64,000 nucleotides of DNA from an uncultured delta proteobacterium (GTDB lineage Bacteria > Myxococcota > B64-G9). A program made the translations under genes and the position numbers. Location: NCBI GenBank assembly GCA_963754925.1, contig CAVWHX010000001.1, forward strand, positions 96,001-160,000, read 5' to 3'. This document shows, piece after piece, positions 1-8,206 of the stretch. A model generated the notes under the pieces. It ran no database searches and was not told the origin of the DNA. It saw only the letters and a list, made by a program, of their open reading frames with translations. The first letter of the stretch is position 1. The number at the start of each line of letters is the position of its first letter.

Positions 1-20
1 AGTCGCAAGAATCGGACCGG

Positions 21-72
21 CTTCCCCCCATGCTGCTTTGCTTTTACGTAAAATTTTTGTGCGGTAATGAGC
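21..72. repeat. hotspot repeat copy 1
   Basis: CCCCCCATGCTGCTTTGCTTTTACGTAAAATTTTTGTGCGGTAATGAGC, matching copies at about 4031, 5191 and 6071. Confidence 0.85.
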
Positions 73-108
73 CGGAGGGGCGGTTCGCGAACCGCACCTA
101 CAAACTGC

Positions 109-153
109 TTGAAAAGCTTATTTACTAATGGTATGTTATTTACCAATGGTAAA
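109..153 (+). promoter_or_regulatory. sigma70-like promoter overlapped by two palindromic TetR-type operators
   Basis: TTGAAA (109-114), 17 bp spacer, TATGTT (132-137). Palindrome TTTACCAATGGTAAA (139-153) and a degenerate copy TTTACTAATGGTATG (121-135) lie directly upstream of a TetR gene. Confidence 0.55.
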
Positions 154-181
154 CTTAAACCCTTCAGCCAAGGTGAGGAAG

Positions 182-862
182 ATGACCGTGCAGGAGCAGG
201 ATACGCATAAAGCGGTCTGCCGTCAGAGAAGAGAAAGGGAAAAGAATCAGCGGATTCAGAGCATCCTTGCGGCCGCGAGAAACGTGTTCTCTTCAAAAGG
301 GTACCTTAAATCGACCATGGACGAAATCGCCTTGGCTGCCGAGATAACCAAACCCACCATCTATCTATACTTTAAAACCAAGGACGATCTGTTGTTGAGC
401 CTCATGCAACCGTTGATCGACGATATTCGGCGCCAGCTAGAAATCGTCGAAGAGAAACTTCTGTCCGGCAAAATCAAAGACGGCTCCGATCTGATTACCG
501 GCATCTTCCGCGCTTTCTATCACGGATATGAATCCTTGCCGGAAACGTTTCGCATCGTTCAATTATTTCAGCAACAGGACCTGATAAGCGAGCTGAGACC
601 GGAAATTCGTGCTGCTTTGGATGGTAGAGGCCGGATCAACTTCGATGTGTGCCGCCGTCTGCTGACCAAGGGCATGGAGCTGGGGTTGATCAAAAAGGTG
701 GATGTCTATCCCATGGCGGACGTGATCTGGGGGTTGGTGGTCGGCGTGATTCAACTGGAAGATTTTAAACACGACGAACAGAAGGGCCACCGATTAAAAA
801 AGAAAACGCTGGGTCTAGCGGTACGTCTGATGGTGGATTCGCTTACGAGCGTACCCAACTAA
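182..862 (+). CDS. TetR/AcrR family transcriptional regulator
   Basis: N-terminal HTH 'ILAAARNVFSSKGY..TMDEIA..AEITKPTIYLYFKTKDDL'; start moved to ATG 182 after the GAGG RBS. Confidence 0.9.
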   Translation: MTVQEQDTHKAVCRQRREREKNQRIQSILAAARNVFSSKGYLKSTMDEIALAAEITKPTIYLYFKTKDDLLLSLMQPLIDDIRRQLEIVEEKLLSGKIKDGSDLITGIFRAFYHGYESLPETFRIVQLFQQQDLISELRPEIRAALDGRGRINFDVCRRLLTKGMELGLIKKVDVYPMADVIWGLVVGVIQLEDFKHDEQKGHRLKKKTLGLAVRLMVDSLTSVPN

Positions 863-895
863 CCTCATCCGAAGAGCAAACAGGAGAAACAGAAC

Positions 896-3082
896 GTGAA
901 TATGTCGGGAGTTGCTGCATTGATTGACCGCGCTAAGAGAGAGCAACGCGTAACCCTAACGGAATCCGAATCCAAACTATTATTGGGCGCATACGGCGTT
1001 CCCGTGGTGGAAGAAGCCGTCGTCACCAGTGAAGACGAAGCGGTGTGCAAATCACGGGAAATGGGTTTTCCCGTTGTGTTGAAAGGACACGGCGCGCGGC
1101 TTACCCATAAAACGGAACGAGGACTGGTCAAAGTGAATGTGCGCTCGGTTTCCGAAATTCGCCGGGCCTACCGCCAGATCAAAGCAGCGGCCGCAAAAGA
1201 CTGGGAGGGATGCCTCGTCCAACCCCTGATAGAAGGCAAGCGCGAATTTGTCGCCGGTTTGATTCGGGACGCCCAATTTGGCCCGATGGTGATGTTCGGC
1301 CTTGGCGGCGTCTTTACCGAGGCTCTGGCCGATGCGGCTTTTCGCATTGCGCCCTTCGGCGCCGCGTGTGCCGACGCCCTGATTGACGACATCAAAAGCA
1401 CCAAGTTGCTCGGCGATTTTCGTGGCGAAAAAGCGGCCGACCGGGCGCAGCTACGCCAGGTGCTGTTGGGGCTAGCGCGGCTCGGCATTGAACATCCGGA
1501 GATTCGGGAAGTGGATATCAACCCGCTTATCGTCATGCCCGATGGACAGGTACAAGCCGTCGACGCGTTGGTGGTGTTCGAGGAACATACTGCCGCGATC
1601 AGGGGAAGCGACAACCGGGAAAAAGACACCGAAGCGCGCGCACGGGAAATTCGCCGGGCGCTGGATGTTGCCGTCCATGCCAAATCCGTCGCCGTGGTCG
1701 GCGCGAAACGTCCCCGGGAAAAGGGTTTTCCGGGCATGTTCGGCTGCATGCGCAATTTCGGCTATGCGGGACGGCTGTATCCGGTCAATCCCAAACTCGC
1801 CGATATCGACGGCATCAAGGCGTATCCCAATTTGGCTGCCCTGCCCGAACCGGTGGATCTGGTCATCGTCACCGTGGCGGCGCCGTTTGTTCCCGATGTG
1901 CTGCGGGAATGCATCGCCACGGGCAACAAGACCGTCCATATCTTCACCTCGGGCTTCAAAGAATCGGGTGAAGCGGAGGGCATTCGGCTTCAGGAGGAAA
2001 TGGAAACGATAGCCCGAGAGGGCGGCCTGCACGTTATCGGTCCTAATTGCATGGGATTGTACGTACCGAAAACGCGGCTTTTGACCTGGACCACGGCGTC
2101 CACGGAAAGCGGTCCGGTGTCGCTCATAAGCCAGAGCGGGGGCAATACCCAGGAATTTACCAACTACACCTCAAGCCGTTATGGAATCCAATTCAGCAAG
2201 GCCTTCAGTTATGGCAATGCGCTGACGCTGGACAGCACGGATTTCCTGGATTATCTGGCGCACGACGATGAGACGAAAATCATCACCCTGTATCTGGAAG
2301 GCGTTAAAGACGGACGGCGTTTTCTGGACTTGGTTACGGAAACGAATCGCCGAAAACCGATCATTATCTTTAAAGGCGGGCTTTCCGAATCAGGCGCCCG
2401 GGCGGTCTCCTCGCACACCGGGGCGCTGGCGGGCGGGGAAAAAATCTGGCGGGCCTTTTTCCGGCAATCCGGCGCCGTGCTGGTCGAGTCTCTTGAAGAG
2501 ATGGCCGAGGTGACCCTGGCGTTTCATTGCCTGGGAAAAACCCGCGGACGAAAAACAACCGTTCTTGGATTTGGCGGCGGGGCGGGCGTCTCCGTGGCGG
2601 ATAATTGCGCAAAGACCGGCTTGGAGCTACCGACGTTCTCACCGACGCTTATCAATGCCTTGCGTACGCTCATCCCTCCGGCCGGTACTATGATCCGTAA
2701 TCCGATAGACGCGGCGATAGCCTTCCATACGTTCGCCGTCATGGGGGACATCCTGCAACTGCTTGGCGAAACCGATGAGATTGACAACATTATCGTATCC
2801 GTGCCCTTTGACTGGCTGTTCGGCGAGGAAGAAGGCGGCACCCATATCGAAAAAGTCGCGGTCTACCTGGCCGAAGAGGGACGAAAACGGGCCTGCGGCA
2901 AACCCATGGTGGTGGTCTGGCGGCAATATGAGCCCCGGCAGGAGATTCGGCAATGGGTTCGCGTTTTGGAAAAAATTCTTTTGTCGGCGGGAATCCCTGT
3001 GTATGAGGGTGTTCCCCGGGCGGTCAACGCCCTGGCCAAACTGACCGCCTATCATGCCTTTCAGGCACGCTATAATTCATGA
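896..3082 (+). CDS. ADP-forming acyl-CoA synthetase (acetate-CoA ligase family), ATP-grasp domain N-terminal
   Basis: ATP-grasp 'HKTERGLV..DINPL..AVDA', CoA-binding 'VAVVGA', 'IGPNCMG', 'SQSG' and phospho-His motif 'SHTGALAG'. Confidence 0.9.
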   Translation: MNMSGVAALIDRAKREQRVTLTESESKLLLGAYGVPVVEEAVVTSEDEAVCKSREMGFPVVLKGHGARLTHKTERGLVKVNVRSVSEIRRAYRQIKAAAAKDWEGCLVQPLIEGKREFVAGLIRDAQFGPMVMFGLGGVFTEALADAAFRIAPFGAACADALIDDIKSTKLLGDFRGEKAADRAQLRQVLLGLARLGIEHPEIREVDINPLIVMPDGQVQAVDALVVFEEHTAAIRGSDNREKDTEARAREIRRALDVAVHAKSVAVVGAKRPREKGFPGMFGCMRNFGYAGRLYPVNPKLADIDGIKAYPNLAALPEPVDLVIVTVAAPFVPDVLRECIATGNKTVHIFTSGFKESGEAEGIRLQEEMETIAREGGLHVIGPNCMGLYVPKTRLLTWTTASTESGPVSLISQSGGNTQEFTNYTSSRYGIQFSKAFSYGNALTLDSTDFLDYLAHDDETKIITLYLEGVKDGRRFLDLVTETNRRKPIIIFKGGLSESGARAVSSHTGALAGGEKIWRAFFRQSGAVLVESLEEMAEVTLAFHCLGKTRGRKTTVLGFGGGAGVSVADNCAKTGLELPTFSPTLINALRTLIPPAGTMIRNPIDAAIAFHTFAVMGDILQLLGETDEIDNIIVSVPFDWLFGEEEGGTHIEKVAVYLAEEGRKRACGKPMVVVWRQYEPRQEIRQWVRVLEKILLSAGIPVYEGVPRAVNALAKLTAYHAFQARYNS

Positions 3083-3223
3083 GATGGTTCGAGTTTGTTT
3101 CTATTGGAAAGCAGGAGATACATCATATTTCCCAGCCGACTCATGAAGAGAATGAGTATCAGTTGCAGTTGACAAGAGCCGCGTTGCCGGGGACATTCGA
3201 TCGCCGAAAATTGGGAGGCAGCG

Positions 3224-4028
3224 ATGAACGACTATTCCTTTGGGGTTGGCCGGGAAGGCGCAGAGCGGCTGGACCTGGTGAACAATATCTTCGGGCCGCA
3301 CAGCCGCCGATTCCTTGTGAATGCCGGGCTGCGGGAAGGGATCTCGGTCCTGGAGGTTGGGTGCGGAAGCGGCAACATGACTGCGTTCCTTGCTGAGCGG
3401 GTCGGTCCGGCCGGCCGTGTTGTCGCGGCGGACGCGAGCCCAAAGCAGATCGAGATTGCCCGGGAGCGGTGCTCCCAGGCCGGCCACCACAACGTGACCT
3501 TCGTCTGCGAGCAGGCGGAGGGGTTGGACCTACCCGGGCAGCGCTTCGACCTCGCCTGCTGCCGGCTCGTTCTGATGCATCTGCTAGAGCCCAGACCGGT
3601 CGTTGCACGTATTGCGGGTCTTCTCGTGCCCGGGGGGGACGCTCGCCTTCGAGGAACCAACCACCAGTACGCTCCACACGCTGCCTCGCTGCGACGTCTT
3701 CCATCGCGTCAACGATCTCTTTTTGCGTGCCGGGAAGATGGCGGGGATCGACCTCGACGTCGGCGACCGGCTCTTTCCGATGATCGTCGAGGCGGGGCTC
3801 CGACCGACTATCGCGCACTTCGTCCAGCCGATAGTGCCCATCCATGTGGCTAAAGCGCTCGTCATGGCGGGGGTGCGGGAGGGGCTTCCCGCCGCCCTCC
3901 GGGCGGGAATCGTGACTCAAGAGGTTGCGGACGAGACGCTGCGCGAGATCGCGAACCTGCACGAGGCCGATACGGCTTACTACGCGGTCCCCCGATATGC
4001 CCAGGTCGCGGGGGCCAGCGCCGGGTAG
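3224..4028 (+). pseudogene. class I SAM-dependent methyltransferase, split by a +1 frameshift in a G run (probably intact in vivo)
   Basis: 'VLEVGCGSG' motif; removing one G from G7 at 3632-3638 restores 'LLVPGGTLAFEEP' and joins ORFs 3224-3853 and 3603-4028. Confidence 0.8.
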
Positions 4029-4030
4029 CT

Positions 4031-4150
4031 CCCCACCCATTTTGCTTTGCTTTTACGTAACATTTTTTGTGCGGTAATAAGCTTTTCTGCAACCTCTTTA
4101 AGGAAGAAAATTGTCGGGGTAGGGGAGTATTTCAGTTCAACCCGAATCTA
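4031..4150. repeat. hotspot repeat copy 2 (long)
   Basis: same core plus AGAAAATTGTCGG..TAGGGGAGTATTTCAGTTCAACC, shared with copy 4. Confidence 0.85.
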
Positions 4151-4179
4151 CTAATCGAAGGTAGTCGCCGAGGAGCCAA

Positions 4180-5094
4180 TTACTTTTTCACAAGCTCGAC
4201 ACGCCGGTTCTTGGCGCGGCCGTCCTCGGTGCGATTGTCGGCGACAGGCGAGGTCTGGCCATATCCTTTGGCGGTGAGTCGACTCGCGGCGATACCGCGC
4301 TGCACGAGCGCGGCACTAACCGATTTCGCACGTTCCAATGAAAGCTTCTGGTTGGCATCGGCATTGCCAACGTTATCGGTGTGTCCTGCCACTTCGATCT
4401 TCAAGCTGGACGCTGCCTTGAGAACGTTGGCGGCTTCGTCGAGCGTCTTGGCCGACTCTGGCAGAATGGTGGCCTTGCCCGTATCGAAATTGACGTACAA
4501 CGTGATAAAGCCATCCTTGTTGAGCTTGTCCACCAGCTCGTTGACGCTCACCTCTTGCTTCATCGTCTGGCGTTCTACGATAAATACGTTGTAGTCCTGA
4601 TAACTTTCGCTCGCGGCGACATTGACCCAATATTCGCTGCTGCCTTTGGTCAGCTTCAAGGTCGTGTAACGGTCATAGGAAGTCCCTCCCGGCGACTCCA
4701 CCATGTACTTACTCATGCTCTGGGTTAACATCGGATAATGCGGACTGACGAAATCTCCCATCACGGTGCCTCCGGCCGCCTTTGTCGCATTCTGGAAGTT
4801 ACGAACAATCTGGAGGGAACTCGGCACCGTCGCGCCTTCCTTCAGCTTGTAACTAGCAACGTACACCTTGCCTTCAATAGAATCGTAATCCTCCGGCTTG
4901 CTCCACTCCTTGAGTTTTGGCTTAGGGAAGTCGACGGCATCGAACTCGGCATTTTGGCAGCCGTAGATTTCATAATTCGGCATGCGGATGAACAACGGAT
5001 GATCCTTGCAGTTCGCGGCATCTTCGGCACGAGCGTCTGGATTGAACAAGGCAAAGACGATTACTACAGGAAAACCAATCAAGGTAGCTTTCAT
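4180..5094 (-). CDS. OmpA-family peptidoglycan-binding protein with signal peptide
   Basis: C-terminal OmpA domain 'VNFDTGKA..GHTDNVG..NQKLSLERAKSV..GYGQTSPVADN..GRAKNRRVEL'; ATG 5094 follows GAGGAG. Confidence 0.9.
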   Translation of the reverse strand: MKATLIGFPVVIVFALFNPDARAEDAANCKDHPLFIRMPNYEIYGCQNAEFDAVDFPKPKLKEWSKPEDYDSIEGKVYVASYKLKEGATVPSSLQIVRNFQNATKAAGGTVMGDFVSPHYPMLTQSMSKYMVESPGGTSYDRYTTLKLTKGSSEYWVNVAASESYQDYNVFIVERQTMKQEVSVNELVDKLNKDGFITLYVNFDTGKATILPESAKTLDEAANVLKAASSLKIEVAGHTDNVGNADANQKLSLERAKSVSAALVQRGIAASRLTAKGYGQTSPVADNRTEDGRAKNRRVELVKK

Positions 5095-5190
5095 TTCAAT
5101 GCTCCTCACACTAAATGTTTACGGATACGGATAGCGGATATGAAGAATAAACCACCTATTAACTTGGGGTCAAGGGTTTTCAATGTGCAT

Positions 5191-5255
5191 GTCCCCCCCA
5201 TTCTGCTTTGCTTTTACGTAACATTTTTTATGCGGTAATGAGCTTCTCGGCAACC
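5191..5255. repeat. hotspot repeat copy 3
   Basis: CCCCCCCATTCTGCTTTGCTTTTACGTAACATTTTTTATGCGGTAATGAGCTTCTCGGCAACC. Confidence 0.85.
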
Positions 5256-5358
5256 AGATCGTGCAGACGGCGTCTGCACAATTAAACCCCTTTGTACCTA
5301 TTTTGGAGTTTGTCTGAGGTGGACAAACCGAAAATCACCTTGCTGGAAATTGTGGTAA

Positions 5359-5387
5359 TTGACAGCTATAATAGAGGTCATTATAAT
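5359..5387 (+). promoter_or_regulatory. consensus sigma70 promoter of higBA with an internal inverted repeat (candidate HigA operator)
   Basis: TTGACA (5359-5364), 17 bp spacer, TATAAT (5382-5387); inverted repeat TATAAT-N7-ATTATA at 5367-5385. Confidence 0.8.
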
Positions 5388-5394
5388 ATGGTTC

Positions 5395-5689
5395 GTGATA
5401 CGCTCATTCCGGAACCGTGGGTCGGAGGACATCTTTGATGGTGCCGATACGGCGGCCGGACGGCGGGTCTGTCCGAGATCCGTGTGGGCGGTCGCACAGC
5501 GGAAGTTGGACCAGCTCAATCGAGTGCGCAATCTCCTCGATTTGGCAGTTCCCCCCGGTAATCGGCTGGAGCGGCTCCGAGGAGATCGGCAGGGTCAGCA
5601 TAGTATCCGCATCAACGATCAGTTTCCGCATTTGTTTCTATTGGAAAGCAGGAGATGCCTATGACGTCGAGATCACAGATTATCACTAA
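5395..5689 (+). pseudogene. higB: HigB (RelE-family, plasmid maintenance killer) toxin with a +1 frameshift near 5623-5627
   Basis: 'IRSF...RKLDQL...DLAVPPGNRLERLRGDRQGQHSIRINDQF' continues in the other frame as 'RICFYWKAGDAYDVEITDYH'. Confidence 0.88.
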
Positions 5690-5741
5690 GAGCCGAACTC
5701 GTTTTGCTCGGCGGGGAAAATCCCGCGAAAGGGGGCGTCGC

Positions 5742-6044
5742 TTGCCACGTCGACGTCCGCCGACTTGTCCGGGAGAAATGCTTTTGGAGGAGTTTTTGCG
5801 TCCGCTGGGGGTGAGCCAATCCATGTTTGCCATCCGGATGGGAATCTCCTTCCCTCGACTCAATGAGATCATACATGGAAAGCGCACCATCACGCCTGAT
5901 ACCGCGCTGCGCCTCGAGCGTGTCCTCGGAATGCCCGCGGACTTTTGGCTCGGTCTTCAAATGGACTGGGATCTATGGCACGCAATGCAAGGTCGTGGGG
6001 CTGCCGCGATCGCCCGCCTTCGACCGTTGCCCGTAGCGAGCTGA
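5742..6044 (+). CDS. higA: HigA addiction module antitoxin (HTH)
   Basis: 'PPTCPGEMLLEEFLRPLGVSQ..RLNEIIHGKRTITPDTALRL..ADFWLGLQMDWDL'; start uncertain. Confidence 0.9.
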   Translation: MPRRRPPTCPGEMLLEEFLRPLGVSQSMFAIRMGISFPRLNEIIHGKRTITPDTALRLERVLGMPADFWLGLQMDWDLWHAMQGRGAAAIARLRPLPVAS

Positions 6045-6070
6045 TTGATTTCAAAACCGGCGCAGGTACC

Positions 6071-6230
6071 CGCCTCTTCTGCTTTTGCGTAACATTTTTT
6101 GTTCGGTAATTAGCTTCTCAGCAACCTCTTTTTACGGGTAACAATGTTCTAACTCTCCGTATCCGTCTGTATGGAGAAAATTGTCGGTAGGGGAGTATTT
6201 CAGTTCAACCAGGATCTCCGAATCAAGGCT
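6071..6230. repeat. hotspot repeat copy 4 (longest; looks like a decayed minus-strand gene end)
   Basis: shares both blocks with copy 2; the minus strand reads ...SLDSEILVELKYSPTDNFLHTDGYGELEHCYP*KEVAEKLITEQKMLRKSR. Confidence 0.75.
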
Positions 6231-6356
6231 TTGCACGTCGGTGAGTGACAATCTTCTTGCCAATCTGAGGGGTTTTTAGCATTGTCATCGAACCGGTCGG
6301 TTTCTTTGCAATCACGCTGGGTAGTATTAGGAATACGTTGAGAGGATTTTCATTAG

Positions 6357-7479
6357 ATGCCTCCTATCGTTAAAAGATACCTATGATGCCACCCTTTCCG
6401 ATGTAATCAACTTGCTTGAAGAAGCACGTCGCAAGTCTGCTCGCGCTGTGAACTCAGTCATGACAGCCACCTATTGGGCTGTGGGTCGTCGCATCGTCGA
6501 GGAAGAGCAAGGTGGTCGGACTCGGGCGGGATACGGTGAAGAACTGATCGCACGGTTGTCGCAGGATCTTACCGCCCGCTTCGGTAGAGGCTTCGGTGCG
6601 GTTAACCTCAGCCAGATGAAGCGCTTCTATCTACTTTGGCCTCCCGATCAAATTTTTCAGACGCTGTCTGAAAAATCGATGTCTTGTAGACAGGAGCTGG
6701 ACCTAAGAGATACGGCGAAGGCGCTTCCCTTGCCCTGGTCTCACTACGTTCGGCTCATCGCCGTCGAGAAGTCTGAAGCGCGTAGATTCTACGAGGAAGA
6801 AGCTCTTCGTGGCGGTTGGACTGTGCGCCAACTGAGCCGACAGATCGACAGTCAATTCTATGAACGGACGGCGCTCTCGCGGAACAAGGCGGCAATGTTG
6901 AAAAAGGGCCAGGTCGCGAACCCCGAGGACGCCGTTACTCCCGAGGATGAGGTGAAAGATCCCTTCGTGCTAGAGTTCCTCGGCCTCAAGGATGAGTACT
7001 CCGAGAGCGACCTTGAGGAGGCGCTCATCCGTCACCTCGAGCACTTTCTTCTGGAGTTAGGCGACGATTTCGCTTTTATCGGCCGACAGCGCCGGCTGCG
7101 CATTGACGACGAGTGGTATCGGGTGGATCTGCTGTTCTTCCACCGGCGTCTGCGTTGTTTGGTGATCATCGACCTGAAGCTCGGGAAATTCACGCATGCC
7201 GACGCCGGCCAGATGCACCTGTACCTCAACTATGCTCTCGACAACTGGACTAAGCCCGGAGAAAACCCGCCGGTTGGGATTATCCTCTGCGCCGCCAAGG
7301 GAGAGTCGCTCGTCCGCTACGCGACAGACAACCTGCCGAACAAGCTGCTCGTGCGCGAGTACCTCACGGCGTTGCCGGACGAGAAGCTCATCGCCGCCGA
7401 GATAGATAAGACCAGGGCATTGATCGTAGCGCACAGCGGCATTGGTTACCAGAGCAAGCGCATAGTAAAGACGCCATGA
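6357..7479 (+). CDS. YhcG/DUF1016 PD-(D/E)XK nuclease-domain protein; true start probably 6357, with an extra A at 6372-6375
   Basis: 'VNSVMTATYWAVGRRIVEEEQ.G..RAGYG', 'LPWSHY', 'KDPFVLEFL', 'DLLFFHRRLRCLVIIDLK', 'GQMHLYL', 'ENPPVGIILC'. Confidence 0.9.
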
Positions 7480-8195
7480 AATCGAACCGAATCAAGAACT
7501 GGCCGAAAGAGGAGCGGCCGCGGGAACGGTTGTTGTCTGAGGGAGCGGACAATCTCACCGAAGCGGAGTTGCTCGCCATCATCCTCCGTGTGGGACAAGG
7601 CACGTTCAAGGAAGGTATGCCGGGACAGAACGCCTCGGACTTTGCGCGTACTCTTTTGAAAGACTTTCATGGTCTCCTTGGACTCGATCGCGCCCACGTC
7701 CAGGACCTTCTAAAAGTGCCCGGCCTCGGACCCGCGAAAGTCGCCCAGATCAAAGCCGCCTTTGAACTTGGCAAGAAGGTGTGCGCTGGCAAACTGACAG
7801 CCCCTGTGTTCGAGTCTTCGCGAGCAATCGCCAACCACTTCCGCCCACGTTTTACCGGCAAACGCCAGGAGATTGTTGCTGCCGTCTTTTTGAACGGCCA
7901 GAACCAGCGTCTTGGGGCGAAAGATATTACCGAAGGGACGCCTACCCAAGCGACAGTGTATGTCCGCCGCGTAATTGAAGAGGCACTCCACATCTCTGCC
8001 GCCGCCATAGTTCTGGTCCACAATCACCCCTCCGGCAATCCTGAACCATCGGCAGGCGACGACGAGACAACGCGAGCTTTGTTGAAGGCGTGCAAACTCG
8101 TCCAGATGATCCTGCTCGATCATGTGATTGTCGGCGAGTCCGAACATTACAGCTATGCCGACTCCGGTCGGCTTCAGGAACTTGAAAACGATTAG
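7476..8195 (+). CDS. radC: RadC/JAB-domain protein (HhH + JAB)
   Basis: 'ERPRERLL..G...L..AELLAIILR', 'VPGLGPAK', 'HNHPSGNPEPS..D', 'LLDHVIVG'. Confidence 0.92.
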   Translation: MKSNRIKNWPKEERPRERLLSEGADNLTEAELLAIILRVGQGTFKEGMPGQNASDFARTLLKDFHGLLGLDRAHVQDLLKVPGLGPAKVAQIKAAFELGKKVCAGKLTAPVFESSRAIANHFRPRFTGKRQEIVAAVFLNGQNQRLGAKDITEGTPTQATVYVRRVIEEALHISAAAIVLVHNHPSGNPEPSAGDDETTRALLKACKLVQMILLDHVIVGESEHYSYADSGRLQELEND

Positions 8196-8206
8196 AAGGA
8201 GGCCTT

